The notes beneath the pieces were generated by a model that worked only from the letters and a program-made list of their open reading frames with translations, had not been told where the DNA came from and did not search any database. Positions 39,566-49,381 of a stretch of 64,000 nt of DNA are shown here, in pieces. The position numbers were made by a program, and so were the translations under genes. The stretch is from Alphaproteobacteria bacterium (GTDB lineage Bacteria > Pseudomonadota > Alphaproteobacteria > SP197): contig OZ219747.1 of the NCBI GenBank assembly GCA_964291265.2, positions 1,952,001 to 2,016,000 on the forward strand. The letters run 5' to 3'. The first letter of the stretch is position 1, and each line of letters starts with the position of its first letter.

Positions 39566-40642
39566 ATGGCGAAGAACGCCTTGCGCAAGGGATGGACCAC
39601 CGGAGCCTGCGCCGCCGCGGCTGCGGCGGCGGCCTACGAGGCGCTGACCACGGGTACGTTCCCGGATCCGGTCAGGATCACTCTGCCAGGCGGCCGGGAA
39701 GCAGGGTTTTCGCTGGCAACGCGCCATCTGGGTCATGGCGAGGCGCGGGCCTCGGTGATCAAGGATGCCGGCGACGATCCGGACGTCACCCACGGTGCAG
39801 AGATCGTTGTCACCGTGACGGCCGGTGAAGCGGGAAGCGGCGTGGTCTTTCGTGCCGGAGAGGGTGTCGGCACCGTGACCAAGGCAGGACTGCCCGTTGC
39901 ACCCGGCGAGCCTGCGATCAATCCGCGTCCTCGTGACATCATGACCGAGGCCATCCGCGCCCTTGCGTGGCGCCACGGAGGAACCGCCGATGTCGTTCTC
40001 ACCATCGGTGTTGTCAACGGCGAGGTTCTGGCCCGCAGGACATGGAATCCGCGACTCGGCATCAAGGGAGGGTTGTCAATTCTCGGGACCACGGGAATCG
40101 TCATCCCCTATTCCTGCTCCGCCTGGATCCATGCCATCCACCGGGGTATCGACGTTGCCCGCGCCGAAGGCCTCGAGCATCTCGCCGGGGCTACCGGCAG
40201 GACCTCCGAGAAGGCCGTCCGGAGTTTCCATTCCCTGCCCGAAGCCAGCCTCATCGACATGGGCGACTTTGCCGGCGGCATGTTGAAGTACCTGCGCCGC
40301 CATCCGGTTCCCAGGGTATCGCTTGCCGGGGGATTCGCCAAGATGACGAAGCTGGCGCAGGGAGCCCTCGACCTCCATTCGGCAAGGAGTCAGGTAAACT
40401 TCGACCTGCTTGCCGACATGGCGAGGGAGGCGGGCGCCGACGCCGGTCTGGCGCGGAACATGGCCGATTCGACAAGCGCCGGGGAGGTCCTTGGACGGGC
40501 CTGCGAGGCCGGGTTGCCCTTGGCCGGTCAGGTGGCCGCCGGTGCCCGGCAAACGGCGCTCGCCACTCTGGCTGGCGGCGTGGCGGTGGACGTGATCGTC
40601 ATCGATCGTTCGGGCGCCGTCGTCGGCACGGCGGGTCCATGA
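39566..40642 (+). CDS. cbiD: Cobalt-precorrin-5B C1-methyltransferase
   Basis: LRKGWTTGACA, KDAGDDPDVTHG, NPRLGIKGGLSILGTTG. Confidence 0.95.
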   Translation: MAKNALRKGWTTGACAAAAAAAAYEALTTGTFPDPVRITLPGGREAGFSLATRHLGHGEARASVIKDAGDDPDVTHGAEIVVTVTAGEAGSGVVFRAGEGVGTVTKAGLPVAPGEPAINPRPRDIMTEAIRALAWRHGGTADVVLTIGVVNGEVLARRTWNPRLGIKGGLSILGTTGIVIPYSCSAWIHAIHRGIDVARAEGLEHLAGATGRTSEKAVRSFHSLPEASLIDMGDFAGGMLKYLRRHPVPRVSLAGGFAKMTKLAQGALDLHSARSQVNFDLLADMAREAGADAGLARNMADSTSAGEVLGRACEAGLPLAGQVAAGARQTALATLAGGVAVDVIVIDRSGAVVGTAGP

Positions 40643-41409
40643 CGAGCATTCTCATCCTCGGCGGTACCGCGGAGGCCGCGGCGTTGGCGAAGGGAATTGC
40701 CAGGCGTGCGCCCGGTGTCGATGTCGTGACGTCGCTGGCCGGTCTGCTCGACGGGACACCGGATCTTCCCGGACGCCTGCGGCGCGGAGGGTTCGGGGGG
40801 GCAGACGGCCTCGGCCGCTATCTCGCCAATGAACGCATCGATGCCCTCGTCGATGCGACCCATCCCTTCGCCTGCACCATGGCAGCCACGGCCCGTTCGG
40901 CGGCGTGCCGGGCGGAAGTGCCGCGAATCAAGCTGGTACGGCCGATGTGGAACAGGACGCCGGACGACCGCTGGATCGTGGTCGATGACATCGATGCTGC
41001 GGCCGACGCCCTCGCGACACTCGCCCCGGCGGCGGCCCTGATCACGCTGGGGAGCCGCGCCATGGATGCCTTCCGCCGCATCGACGGCACGCGATTCATC
41101 TTCCGCATGATTGCTCCCCCGAGGGATCGCCCGTCGAATCAGGCCATGCAGGTTCTGCTGCAGCGCGGGCCGTTTGATGTGGAAGGGGAGAAGACGCTGA
41201 TGACGGATCACGGCGTCGGCGCAGTGGTGACCCGGGCCAGTGGTGGCGAAGCGACCGAAGCCAAGATCATGGCCGCCCGCGACCTACACCTCCCCGTGAT
41301 CATGATTCGCCGTCCGGCCGTCCCGGAGGGCCCGCTGGCGGCCACGGTGGACGACGTTCTGGACTGGCTCCGCGAGGGAGGGTTCGCCGCATGGACAGAG
41401 TGCTCGTGA
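40639..41409 (+). CDS. cobK: Precorrin-6A reductase
   Basis: ILILGGTAEA, GGFGGADG, VDATHPFA, QRGPF. Confidence 0.93.
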   Translation: MTSILILGGTAEAAALAKGIARRAPGVDVVTSLAGLLDGTPDLPGRLRRGGFGGADGLGRYLANERIDALVDATHPFACTMAATARSAACRAEVPRIKLVRPMWNRTPDDRWIVVDDIDAAADALATLAPAAALITLGSRAMDAFRRIDGTRFIFRMIAPPRDRPSNQAMQVLLQRGPFDVEGEKTLMTDHGVGAVVTRASGGEATEAKIMAARDLHLPVIMIRRPAVPEGPLAATVDDVLDWLREGGFAAWTECS

Positions 41410-41468
41410 CTGTCTATTCCGGCATGTGTTCATGCGGTGCAACCGTCAACGGCAAGATGGAGAACGTC

Positions 41469-42179
41469 ATGCTGCCTACCGTTTCGAGGATCGTCGATCT
41501 CAGTCATCCATTGTATTCCAACATGCCGAACATCGGCGGACAGGTGACATTCTTCCCGCTCGATGATCATGCCTATCTTTCGCAGATCACCGGCGGCAGG
41601 ATGGCGATGGAGAGCCGCATGATCCTCATGCCCGAGCACTGCGGCACCCATCTGGACGCGCCGAGGCACAGCGATGCCGAGGGCCTGAGCATTGATCAGG
41701 TTCCCCTGGAACAACTGGTGCTGCCTGGCCATCTGCTTGACCTGCGTCACCGGCAGAACGGTGAGGCCATCACCATTGCCGATTTCGAGGAGGCGGAGCG
41801 GAAGACCTGCCGCCGAATCGGCCCGGATGCGGCCTGCGTGGTGTGGACGGGAACCGCGAAGGACTGGGGCAAGGACGATTTTGCCATGAACCGGCCCTTT
41901 GTCCCGGTCGACGCCGCCCAATGGCTGGTGGACCGCGGCATCAGGCTCTTCTGCACCGACCTCATCGGCATGGATGACCCATCCGAATGGTGGTGGCCGA
42001 CCCACGCGGTGTGGAATACCCAGGGTGTGTGCATGGTGCAGCAGCTCTGCAATCTCGAGGCGCTGGAGGACGAGGACTTTCTGTTTGTCTGCCTTCCGCT
42101 CGCCATGAAGGACGGAACCGGGTGCCCGGTGCGCGCCGTGGCGATGGTCTTCGAACAGAACGACAGGGCCGCTTCGTGA
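41469..42179 (+). CDS. Cyclase family metal hydrolase (kynurenine formamidase-like)
   Basis: IVDLSHP, EHCGTHLDAP, GCPVRAVA. Confidence 0.9.
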   Translation: MLPTVSRIVDLSHPLYSNMPNIGGQVTFFPLDDHAYLSQITGGRMAMESRMILMPEHCGTHLDAPRHSDAEGLSIDQVPLEQLVLPGHLLDLRHRQNGEAITIADFEEAERKTCRRIGPDAACVVWTGTAKDWGKDDFAMNRPFVPVDAAQWLVDRGIRLFCTDLIGMDDPSEWWWPTHAVWNTQGVCMVQQLCNLEALEDEDFLFVCLPLAMKDGTGCPVRAVAMVFEQNDRAAS

Positions 42180-42826
42180 AAACCATGGACATCGACCGCC
42201 TGTTCGCCTCCCTGGCGCGGGAAGTTCCCGAACCGCAGACCGAACTCGACTACAGCAGCCACTTCACGTTGCTGATCTCGGTTGTTCTCTCGGCGCAGGC
42301 AACGGACAAGAGCGTCAACGCGGCGACGCCGGCGCTCTTCGCTGTCGCCGATACGCCGGAGAAGATGGTCGCCCTTGGCGAGAAAGGCGTCCGCGACAAG
42401 ATCAGGACGATCGGGCTCTTCAACTCCAAGGCGAAGAATGTCGTCAGACTGTCACGGATGCTGATCGACAAGCACGATTCCAGGGTCCCGGCGAGCCGGG
42501 AGGCCCTGCAGACGCTTCCGGGAGTTGGCCGCAAGACCGCGAGCGTCGTGATGAACGAGGCGTTCGGCGTCCCGACCATTGCCGTCGATACCCACGTCTT
42601 CAGGGTGGCCAACCGGACCGGCCTGGCGCGGGGCAAGACGGCCGAAGCCGTCGAACGGGCCCTCGAACGCGATGTGCCCGAGAAGTGGAAGAAGGGCGCC
42701 CATCACTGGCTCATTCTCCACGGGCGCTACACCTGCACGGCCCGCCGCCCGAAATGCTGGCAGTGTGTCATTGCCAGCACCTGCCCATTCGAACCCAAGA
42801 CTCCCTGCGAGGAGAAGAACCCGTGA
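42176..42826 (+). CDS. nth: Endonuclease III
   Basis: LSAQATD, LPGVGRKTA, AVDTHV, CTARRPKCWQCVIASTC Fe-S motif. Confidence 0.96.
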   Translation: MKTMDIDRLFASLAREVPEPQTELDYSSHFTLLISVVLSAQATDKSVNAATPALFAVADTPEKMVALGEKGVRDKIRTIGLFNSKAKNVVRLSRMLIDKHDSRVPASREALQTLPGVGRKTASVVMNEAFGVPTIAVDTHVFRVANRTGLARGKTAEAVERALERDVPEKWKKGAHHWLILHGRYTCTARRPKCWQCVIASTCPFEPKTPCEEKNP

Positions 42827-42896
42827 CGGTCCGTGACTCCTTCGCATCAAGGCGCCGGAGGCCGATGGCCGTCGGTGATGGCCCGGGAGCGTCACC

Positions 42897-43937
42897 TTGA
42901 AGACACCGGACGGTGCGATCGCCGTGACCTTTGCCGGAACGGTGGGCGAGTACTTCGGAATCTGGATCGTCAACCTGATGCTGTCGATCGCCACGCTGGG
43001 TATCTGGTCCGCCTGGGCCAAGGTGCGGAACAGGGCTTATCTTCTCGGCAACACGAGCATTGACGGGCGGCCGTTCGGTTACCATGCCAGGGGGGTCCAG
43101 ATTCTCCTCGGGCGTCTTGTCGTGCTGAGCGTCCTCGCCGGCGCCTGGGTCGTTTCTCTGGTCTCGCCCGTCGTCGGTGGCGTGGTCGGGTTGCTGTTCC
43201 TCCTTGTCATGCCCTGGCTGATCAACCGTGGCCTCAGGTTCAACGCTGCCATGACAAGCTGGTCCACGATCCGCTTCGATTTCCGGGGATCCTACTGGCC
43301 GAGCCTGCTCGTCTTCCTGGTCTATCCGTTTCTCTCGCTCCTCAGCTTGGGTCTCTTCCTGCCCCATGCCACGCGGGCAAGAATGCGTTACACGATAGCA
43401 CGCCACAGGCTCGGTGCCTCGAGGTTCGCGTTCTCGAGCGGCATCCGGCCCTTCTGGGTGGCCTTGCTCCTGACAGGAGCCGGCGGCGGAATTCTCGCCC
43501 TCATCGCCATCGGCGTGGCGTGGAGCGTGATCTTTGCCGGTCGGACGGAACCTCCGTCGGCTCATATGGTGGCGATGGTCAACGTTCTCGTTGTCGGGCT
43601 CCTGGCCCTGATTCCCGTTTCGCTCGTCTATGCCGCGTTCCTGCGCAATGCCATCTATGCCGGAACGACGCTGGAGAACGGTCACAGTTTTCATTCCGCC
43701 ATCTCGCCGGCACGCTACGTGTGGATCGCCGTCAGCAACGCCGTCGCGGTCGTGTGCTCCGTCGGCATGCTGCTTCCCTGGGCCCGCATCCGAATGCTGC
43801 GTTACCTGTGCTCCCGGACCTGGCTCATTCCCTGCGGTTCGCTGGATGACATCATCGGCGAGGCCCGCGCCCGGGAAACGGCCGTGGGCGATGCGTGGAT
43901 GGACCTGGACGGCATCGATGTCGCCGCCGCCGTCTGA
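42897..43937 (+). CDS. YjgN/DUF898 family membrane protein
   Basis: EYFGIWIVNLMLSIATLGIWSAWAKVR. Confidence 0.9.
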   Translation: MKTPDGAIAVTFAGTVGEYFGIWIVNLMLSIATLGIWSAWAKVRNRAYLLGNTSIDGRPFGYHARGVQILLGRLVVLSVLAGAWVVSLVSPVVGGVVGLLFLLVMPWLINRGLRFNAAMTSWSTIRFDFRGSYWPSLLVFLVYPFLSLLSLGLFLPHATRARMRYTIARHRLGASRFAFSSGIRPFWVALLLTGAGGGILALIAIGVAWSVIFAGRTEPPSAHMVAMVNVLVVGLLALIPVSLVYAAFLRNAIYAGTTLENGHSFHSAISPARYVWIAVSNAVAVVCSVGMLLPWARIRMLRYLCSRTWLIPCGSLDDIIGEARARETAVGDAWMDLDGIDVAAAV

Positions 43938-44976
43938 TCATCTGTCTGCCAGGGGGAATGCCTGGGTACCCGGAAGGTCGCAACGGCTGGCGGCATGCAT
44001 GGTGATGTCGCCGCAGGGAGGTTGCGTCAACCTCGTTGCGGTCGACGACGGACGGGTGCTGGCGCGGGCGCCGCTCCCCTCGCTGCGCCGCGAAACGCGG
44101 GTGGGCAGCCTTCCTTCATGTCTCGCCTTTCCCTCGGGCTGGGAGTTCCACAGCGATGACCATGACGCCATCGACAGGCTTGTCGGTGCGGACCGGCGAA
44201 ATCTGCTCCATCGGTGTGAAGCGCTGCATTCCCGACTCGTTCTGGCGATGATCCCCATCGTCGCCGGTGGCGCGCTGATCTGGCGCTGGGGACTCGATCT
44301 GCTCGTTGCCCTGGCTGTGGCCCTCACTCCCGCGGGCCTGCCGCAAACCATCGATGATGGTCACGTCGCGTTCATCGACCAGGTGATGGCTGTTCCCTCC
44401 GCTCTGGACGAAGGATTGCAGGAGAGGGTCCGGCGGGTTTTCCAGGACATCGTTTCCGTCGCTCCAGAGCCGCCCTACGGTCCCTACACACTCCTCTTTC
44501 GCGACATCACGGGAGTGGGTCCCAATGCCCTTGCCCTGCCGGGAGGGACAATCATCGTCACCGATGTGCTTGTCCGGACCTTTCCCGACCCCGACGTGAT
44601 AGCCGGAGTCCTGGGCCACGAGATCGCTCATGTCACCGAACAGCATGGATTGAAACGGGTCTACCGCAGCATGGGAACCTTCTTGCTGGTGGCACTCGTC
44701 GCCGGCGACATCGGCCCGGTTGTCGAGGACATGCTGCTGGAAGGCGCCCTGTTGCTTTCGCTCGCCCGTTCCCGGGACCAGGAACTGGAAGCGGACCGCA
44801 TTGGCATCGGCCTTGCCTTCGATGCCGGATACGACCCCGAGGCCTTGGTCCATCTCTTCGAGCATCTGTCCCACGCGAGTGATGTTCCGTCCTGGCTGTC
44901 GACACACCCGACACGGGACGAGCGGATTCCGGTCATTCGCCGTACGGCCGATCATCTCGGCAAGACCGCTCGGTGA
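43918..44976 (+). CDS. M48-family zinc metallopeptidase (usual partner of YjgN)
   Basis: PNALALPGG, GHEIAH, ELEAD, WLSTHP. Confidence 0.9.
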   Translation: MSPPPSDHLSARGNAWVPGRSQRLAACMVMSPQGGCVNLVAVDDGRVLARAPLPSLRRETRVGSLPSCLAFPSGWEFHSDDHDAIDRLVGADRRNLLHRCEALHSRLVLAMIPIVAGGALIWRWGLDLLVALAVALTPAGLPQTIDDGHVAFIDQVMAVPSALDEGLQERVRRVFQDIVSVAPEPPYGPYTLLFRDITGVGPNALALPGGTIIVTDVLVRTFPDPDVIAGVLGHEIAHVTEQHGLKRVYRSMGTFLLVALVAGDIGPVVEDMLLEGALLLSLARSRDQELEADRIGIGLAFDAGYDPEALVHLFEHLSHASDVPSWLSTHPTRDERIPVIRRTADHLGKTAR

Positions 44977-45078
44977 CGCTGTGAGCAGGATCCGGTTCCC
45001 GGACGCGCGACCGGGACATCTTCGAGGATGGACTGGATGCGGTCCGGAACACGACCAGGCACAGCCTGGCGCCGGCTG

Positions 45079-46230
45079 TCATGCGGTCCCGTTCATCGCT
45101 GGCAGCAGGCGTCGTCCGACATAGCGGGCGAGATCGAGAACCGGTCCTTCCAGCCAGGGTGGTGCGAGTGGGCCGCTTTCGTGGTGAGCGCTGCGGTAGC
45201 CCTGCATCATCGGCTCCAGCACGGAGCGGTCCTCGGCCATGGTCTCGTGGAACAGCTCGACGGCACGATCGACCGCGCTCTGCGGCCATGCGTCTCCCCA
45301 GAAGAGAATGCCCGCCTTGTAGCGCACCCTGTCGCTGCCCTCGGGCTGCAGGCACAGGAAGGAGCTGTAGTCTGCGGCAAGTCCGATGCCGCTGCCCGGC
45401 TGCACCATCGCCATGATGCAGGTGTCGGACTGCTTCTTCGTCAGATCGGGATGACCCGAGGTCACGCGCGGCAGATCCTCGGGAAAACCGACCTCGTAGC
45501 CGAACCAGTGCTCGCCCGCGGGGATGTGCCTGGCGAGACTTGTGGGATTGAGGTTGCTGAGTGTGTTCCTGTGGAGCGGTGTGAGGTGGTAGCTCTCCAT
45601 GTAGTTTTCCACCATGGCCTTCCAGTTGGTCTCCCAGACCTCCTCGCCGAGCCAGCCCAGCCACATCTCCTCCATGTGGTAGGGTGCGAACAGGGCCTCA
45701 AGGTCGGCAAGCTGCGGTGCAAGCGGCCCGGCGGCGGGATCAAGGTTGACGTAGACGAAGCCCATCCAGACCTCGCAGGGGAACTCCGGAAGGCGGCAAT
45801 CGGCGATGCGGAAGTCGTCGCGTTCCGGGATCCCCGGCGCAGCGGCCAGCCGGCCGTCGAGCTCGTAGGACCAATGGTGGTAGGGGCACAGCAGCCGGCG
45901 GCCCCGGCCCTTTTCGCGGACGATCAGAGTGCCGCGGTGGCGGCAGACGTTCGACAGCGCCCGGATCGCCCCGTCGCGACCGTGGACGACAACGAGGGAC
46001 TCGTTCGCCAGGCGATAGGGCATGACCTGGCCCGGCTCGGCGACCTCCTCAACGCGGCCGACGCAGTGCCATTCCTTCTTGAACAGATGCTCGACCTCGA
46101 ATGCCGCAAGGTCCGGGTCGGTGTAGAACGCCGCCGGCATGGCCCGGGCCTCGTGGTGGCTGCTCGCCAGTGCGCGCCGGAGCGCCGCGCGCACCGTCGC
46201 CAGTCCGTCCGACATGACGGTGTCTCCCAA
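45079..46230 (-). CDS. Rieske non-heme iron oxygenase alpha subunit (choline monooxygenase/GbcA/Stc2-like group)
   Basis: NVCRHRG...CPYHHWSY Rieske motif; NWKAMVENYMESYHLTPLH mononuclear Fe motif. Confidence 0.9.
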   Translation of the reverse strand: MGDTVMSDGLATVRAALRRALASSHHEARAMPAAFYTDPDLAAFEVEHLFKKEWHCVGRVEEVAEPGQVMPYRLANESLVVVHGRDGAIRALSNVCRHRGTLIVREKGRGRRLLCPYHHWSYELDGRLAAAPGIPERDDFRIADCRLPEFPCEVWMGFVYVNLDPAAGPLAPQLADLEALFAPYHMEEMWLGWLGEEVWETNWKAMVENYMESYHLTPLHRNTLSNLNPTSLARHIPAGEHWFGYEVGFPEDLPRVTSGHPDLTKKQSDTCIMAMVQPGSGIGLAADYSSFLCLQPEGSDRVRYKAGILFWGDAWPQSAVDRAVELFHETMAEDRSVLEPMMQGYRSAHHESGPLAPPWLEGPVLDLARYVGRRLLPAMNGTA

Positions 46231-46589
46231 GGGTTCCCGGAGCTTGGCGTCCGCGCTTGCGTCCCGTCAAGACGGCTTGCCTGCCGCCACCGGATTGCGC
46301 ATTCGCGCGGTGCTGGCTCCGGACACCGCCTGACGCTCCTGACCGTTGATCCTGTCTGACGGCGAGAGGTCTGTTTCCGGCGCCATGCGGCAGTTCCGGG
46401 ATTGAGGACTTAACACCCGGTTCGGAACGCGAGCCTATCGATGAGGGGGGAACTCCGACATGTGCGCCATGGTCATCGGCATGGGGCCGACGTGGCGCGT
46501 TGGAGCAATCCGGCCCCGGAGCAATGTTCTCGGTGGCCGACGCCGGGGTGCCTGCACTACCATCGGGCCACGTTCGAGGAGAGAGTGCC

Positions 46590-47543
46590 ATGAGCCATGA
46601 CCTGACCGCACCGCCCGGCATGCCGCCGGCGACCTTTCTGGACTTTCCGCTGGCGCTCGATCTCGACGGGCTCGAGGCGGACATCGCCATTCTTGGCATC
46701 CCCTACGGCATGCCCTACGGGCCCGACGAAATGGCGAATGACCAGAGTCGCGCCCCCGACGCGATACGCCAGTCCTCCCACATGAGCGACTACACGCGCC
46801 ATCATTTCGACTGGGACCTCGGTGGACCCCTGCTCGACGACCGGCCCGTCCGCGTGGTCGATTGCGGCAACGTGACCGCAGACATGGGTGATCATGCCGA
46901 GCACTATCGGCGTGCCGAAGCCGCCGCCCGCAGGATTCTCGCCTCGGGAGCGGTGCTGGTGACGCTGGGTGGCGATCACGGCATTCCGATTCCGGTCATG
47001 CGGGCCCTGGAACGGGAAGACGAGGTCACGCTGGTTCACGTCGATGCCCATCTCGACTGGCGTGACAACGTCAACGGGGAGCCGGAAGGCTACTCCAGCC
47101 CTATCCGGCGCGCGTCCGAGATGGCGTGGTTCGGCCACATCACGCAGATCGGCATCCGCGGGATCGGCAGCGCACGGCGCGGTGAAGTCGAAGCGGCCCG
47201 GGCTTACGGCGCCGATATCGTGACCGCCTACGAGATGCACGACATCGGCATGGATGCCGTGCTTGACCGCATCCCGGACGGCGGGCCCTACTACCTGACG
47301 GTGGATGCCGACGGACTCGATCCCACCATCATGCCGGCCGTGATGGCCCAGACGCCCGGCGGCCTCGACTGGATGCAGACCCGCAAGCTGATTCACGGCC
47401 TCGTGGGCAAGGGACGCGTGCTGGGCATGGACCTGGTGGAGATTGCGCCCGGGCGCGATGTCGGCAACATCACCATGACCCACGCCGAACGGCTGATCTG
47501 CAACTTCATCGGCGCCACCGTTCGCGCCGGCTACTACGGGTAG
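46590..47543 (+). CDS. Agmatinase/ureohydrolase family protein
   Basis: GGDHG, HVDAHLD, TVDADGLDP, DLVEIAP. Confidence 0.92.
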   Translation: MSHDLTAPPGMPPATFLDFPLALDLDGLEADIAILGIPYGMPYGPDEMANDQSRAPDAIRQSSHMSDYTRHHFDWDLGGPLLDDRPVRVVDCGNVTADMGDHAEHYRRAEAAARRILASGAVLVTLGGDHGIPIPVMRALEREDEVTLVHVDAHLDWRDNVNGEPEGYSSPIRRASEMAWFGHITQIGIRGIGSARRGEVEAARAYGADIVTAYEMHDIGMDAVLDRIPDGGPYYLTVDADGLDPTIMPAVMAQTPGGLDWMQTRKLIHGLVGKGRVLGMDLVEIAPGRDVGNITMTHAERLICNFIGATVRAGYYG

Positions 47544-47589
47544 CAATGGCCTTCGGCACCCTGTCTGGCGCATTCGTGTCATGACAACG

Positions 47590-47720
47590 AGTTATTGATG
47601 TCGATGGCGATGGCCCGCTCCAGGCGTCCGGCGGCGCACAACGGCAGGTGCTCCACCCGGCGGCCGGATTTCAGGACTCGAAAGATGACGTCGGCGACCT
47701 GCGAAGCCGTCGTGAGTGAA
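47590..47720 (-). pseudogene. IS4 (IS50-like) transposase fragment
   Basis: Minus-strand DVIFRVLKSGRRVEHLPL...RLERAIAI matches the FRVLKSGC.VE..Q....RL.RAIAI signature. Confidence 0.6.
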
Positions 47721-48192
47721 GCGCAAGCGTTCGGTCACGCGGGTGATGGCGGATTCTGGTTGGTTCCGGTCTTTGCGAGGATCTGCCAACAGGAGGCCCG
47801 TCACTTCGTCCGCTCTCGTTCCTGATCGAGGCCATGGCGTCTCTCGACGAGACGTGCAAAGCGGCACAGCAGCTGACGGGAGGTGGCGGCGGCCTTGTTA
47901 TGCGAGGCGCCTGACTGGCGGACGTTCCATGAGGCTCAAGCGGATCCTGTGCGGAAGGCTCTGTCGCACAAGGCGCGGGTAGCGTGGCCTGAAGCCCTTC
48001 CTGCGGAAGCCGACGTGGAGTCGTCGCGAGGGGCGACAAGGCCGCCAGGATACGCACAAGCAGGGCGGCAAGCCGAATAAGGACATCTGGCCGAGGCCAC
48101 TGGGCAAGGACCGGAAACGCACCCTCAACCGGTGACTGTTCGTCCAAGCACCTCGCAACTGAACGCTTGCACCAGAATCCTGTGTCCGGGGA

Positions 48193-48236
48193 TTGACAAA
48201 CCGGTTGCAAGTGTTCGTAAATGACCCGTCATTCAC
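48193..48236 (+). promoter_or_regulatory. Putative promoter and operator of the TmoXWV-like operon
   Basis: TTGACA at 48193; imperfect palindrome GTAAATGAC-CC-GTCATTCAC at 48217-48236. Confidence 0.5.
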
Positions 48237-48255
48237 AAGACAAGGGAGTAACATT

Positions 48256-49227
48256 GTGAATCGGAAGATAAAGGGGGGAATAGGCGGGATCGTGTCGGCG
48301 GCTCTCCTGGCGATTGCCGGGACAGCGGGTGCCGACAGCAACGAGCCGATCAGAATTCCCATCAAGAACTGGTCGAGCCAGATCGTCATGGCCCACGTCA
48401 TCGGCGGCATCTTCGAGAGCATCGGTGCAACCGTTGAGTACGTGCCAGTCGACAACCAGGCGAGCTTCGAGGCCGTGCGTGTCGGCGACATCCACATCTT
48501 GCACGAGGTGTGGCAGTCGACCATGCAGAACGCCTATTACAGTGCCATGGAAAAGGGCGGCCTGATCGATGCCGGCACCCATGACGCCGAGACACTCGAG
48601 GAAATGGGCGTGCCGAACTGGGTGGTCGATCAGGGTCTGTGCCCCGGCCTGCCGTCCTGGGAGGCGCTCAAGGACTGTTATGCCAATTTTGCAACCCCGG
48701 ATTCCGCCGGCAAGGGCCGCTGGCTTGAGGGTCCCCAGAGCTGGCATGGCGACATCATGCCCAACCGCCTCAAGGGACTGGGACTCGACGATACCTGGGT
48801 CGTCAAGTTTGCCGGCGCTGCCGACGCCCTTTGGGCCGAACTCGAGGCGGCCAAGAAAGAAGGACGCGGCACGGTCATCTTCAACTGGACACCGAACTTC
48901 ACGGATGCGGAAGGGTTCACCTTTATCGAGTTTCCGCCTTACTATGACGGTTGCCGTATCGTTGATGGTGGCGACGTCAGTACCACGGGTTGTGGCTCGC
49001 CGAAGGGCTGGCTGAAGAAGGGGGCACACTACAAGCTCCCGAAGACGCATCCCCAAGCCTACACGGTGTTCTCGAAACTCACGTTCACCACACCTCAGAT
49101 CGGCTCCATGGCGGCTCTGGTCGATCTTGACAAGATGACCCATGAGGATGCCGCGGCCAGGTGGCTGGCTGACAACGAGGAGGTCTGGAAGCCGTGGACG
49201 GAATCGGTTCTCGGCGAAAGCAACTGA
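48256..49227 (+). CDS. Glycine betaine/proline-family ABC substrate-binding protein, TmoX (TMAO)-like
   Basis: Signal peptide; DSNEPIRIPIKNWSSQIVMA, CPGLPSW, FNWTPNF recalled from TmoX proteins. Confidence 0.85.
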   Translation: MNRKIKGGIGGIVSAALLAIAGTAGADSNEPIRIPIKNWSSQIVMAHVIGGIFESIGATVEYVPVDNQASFEAVRVGDIHILHEVWQSTMQNAYYSAMEKGGLIDAGTHDAETLEEMGVPNWVVDQGLCPGLPSWEALKDCYANFATPDSAGKGRWLEGPQSWHGDIMPNRLKGLGLDDTWVVKFAGAADALWAELEAAKKEGRGTVIFNWTPNFTDAEGFTFIEFPPYYDGCRIVDGGDVSTTGCGSPKGWLKKGAHYKLPKTHPQAYTVFSKLTFTTPQIGSMAALVDLDKMTHEDAAARWLADNEEVWKPWTESVLGESN

Positions 49228-49272
49228 GCGCGGCTCACCGGCAAGACAATCCTGCCCTGCCGGACACTTCCG

Positions 49273-49300
49273 TTGGGCCCTCCGGTGACGGAGGGCCCAA
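49273..49300 (+). terminator. Intercistronic stem-loop after the substrate-binding protein gene
   Basis: TTGGGCCCTCCG-GTGA-CGGAGGGCCCAA perfect 12-bp stem. Confidence 0.6.
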
Positions 49301-49381
49301 TTGCATCAGAGATTGACCCGGCCGCGACAACCGCCAAGAATCAGGAGTTGCGTCCCGCGAGTCGGGAACGGGGGAGAGTTC

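Noticed and set aside
46231-46589. Guanidine riboswitch upstream of the ureohydrolase
   Set aside because: No recognisable ykkC core or paired ACGR-loop hairpins; an Rfam/Infernal scan would be decisive
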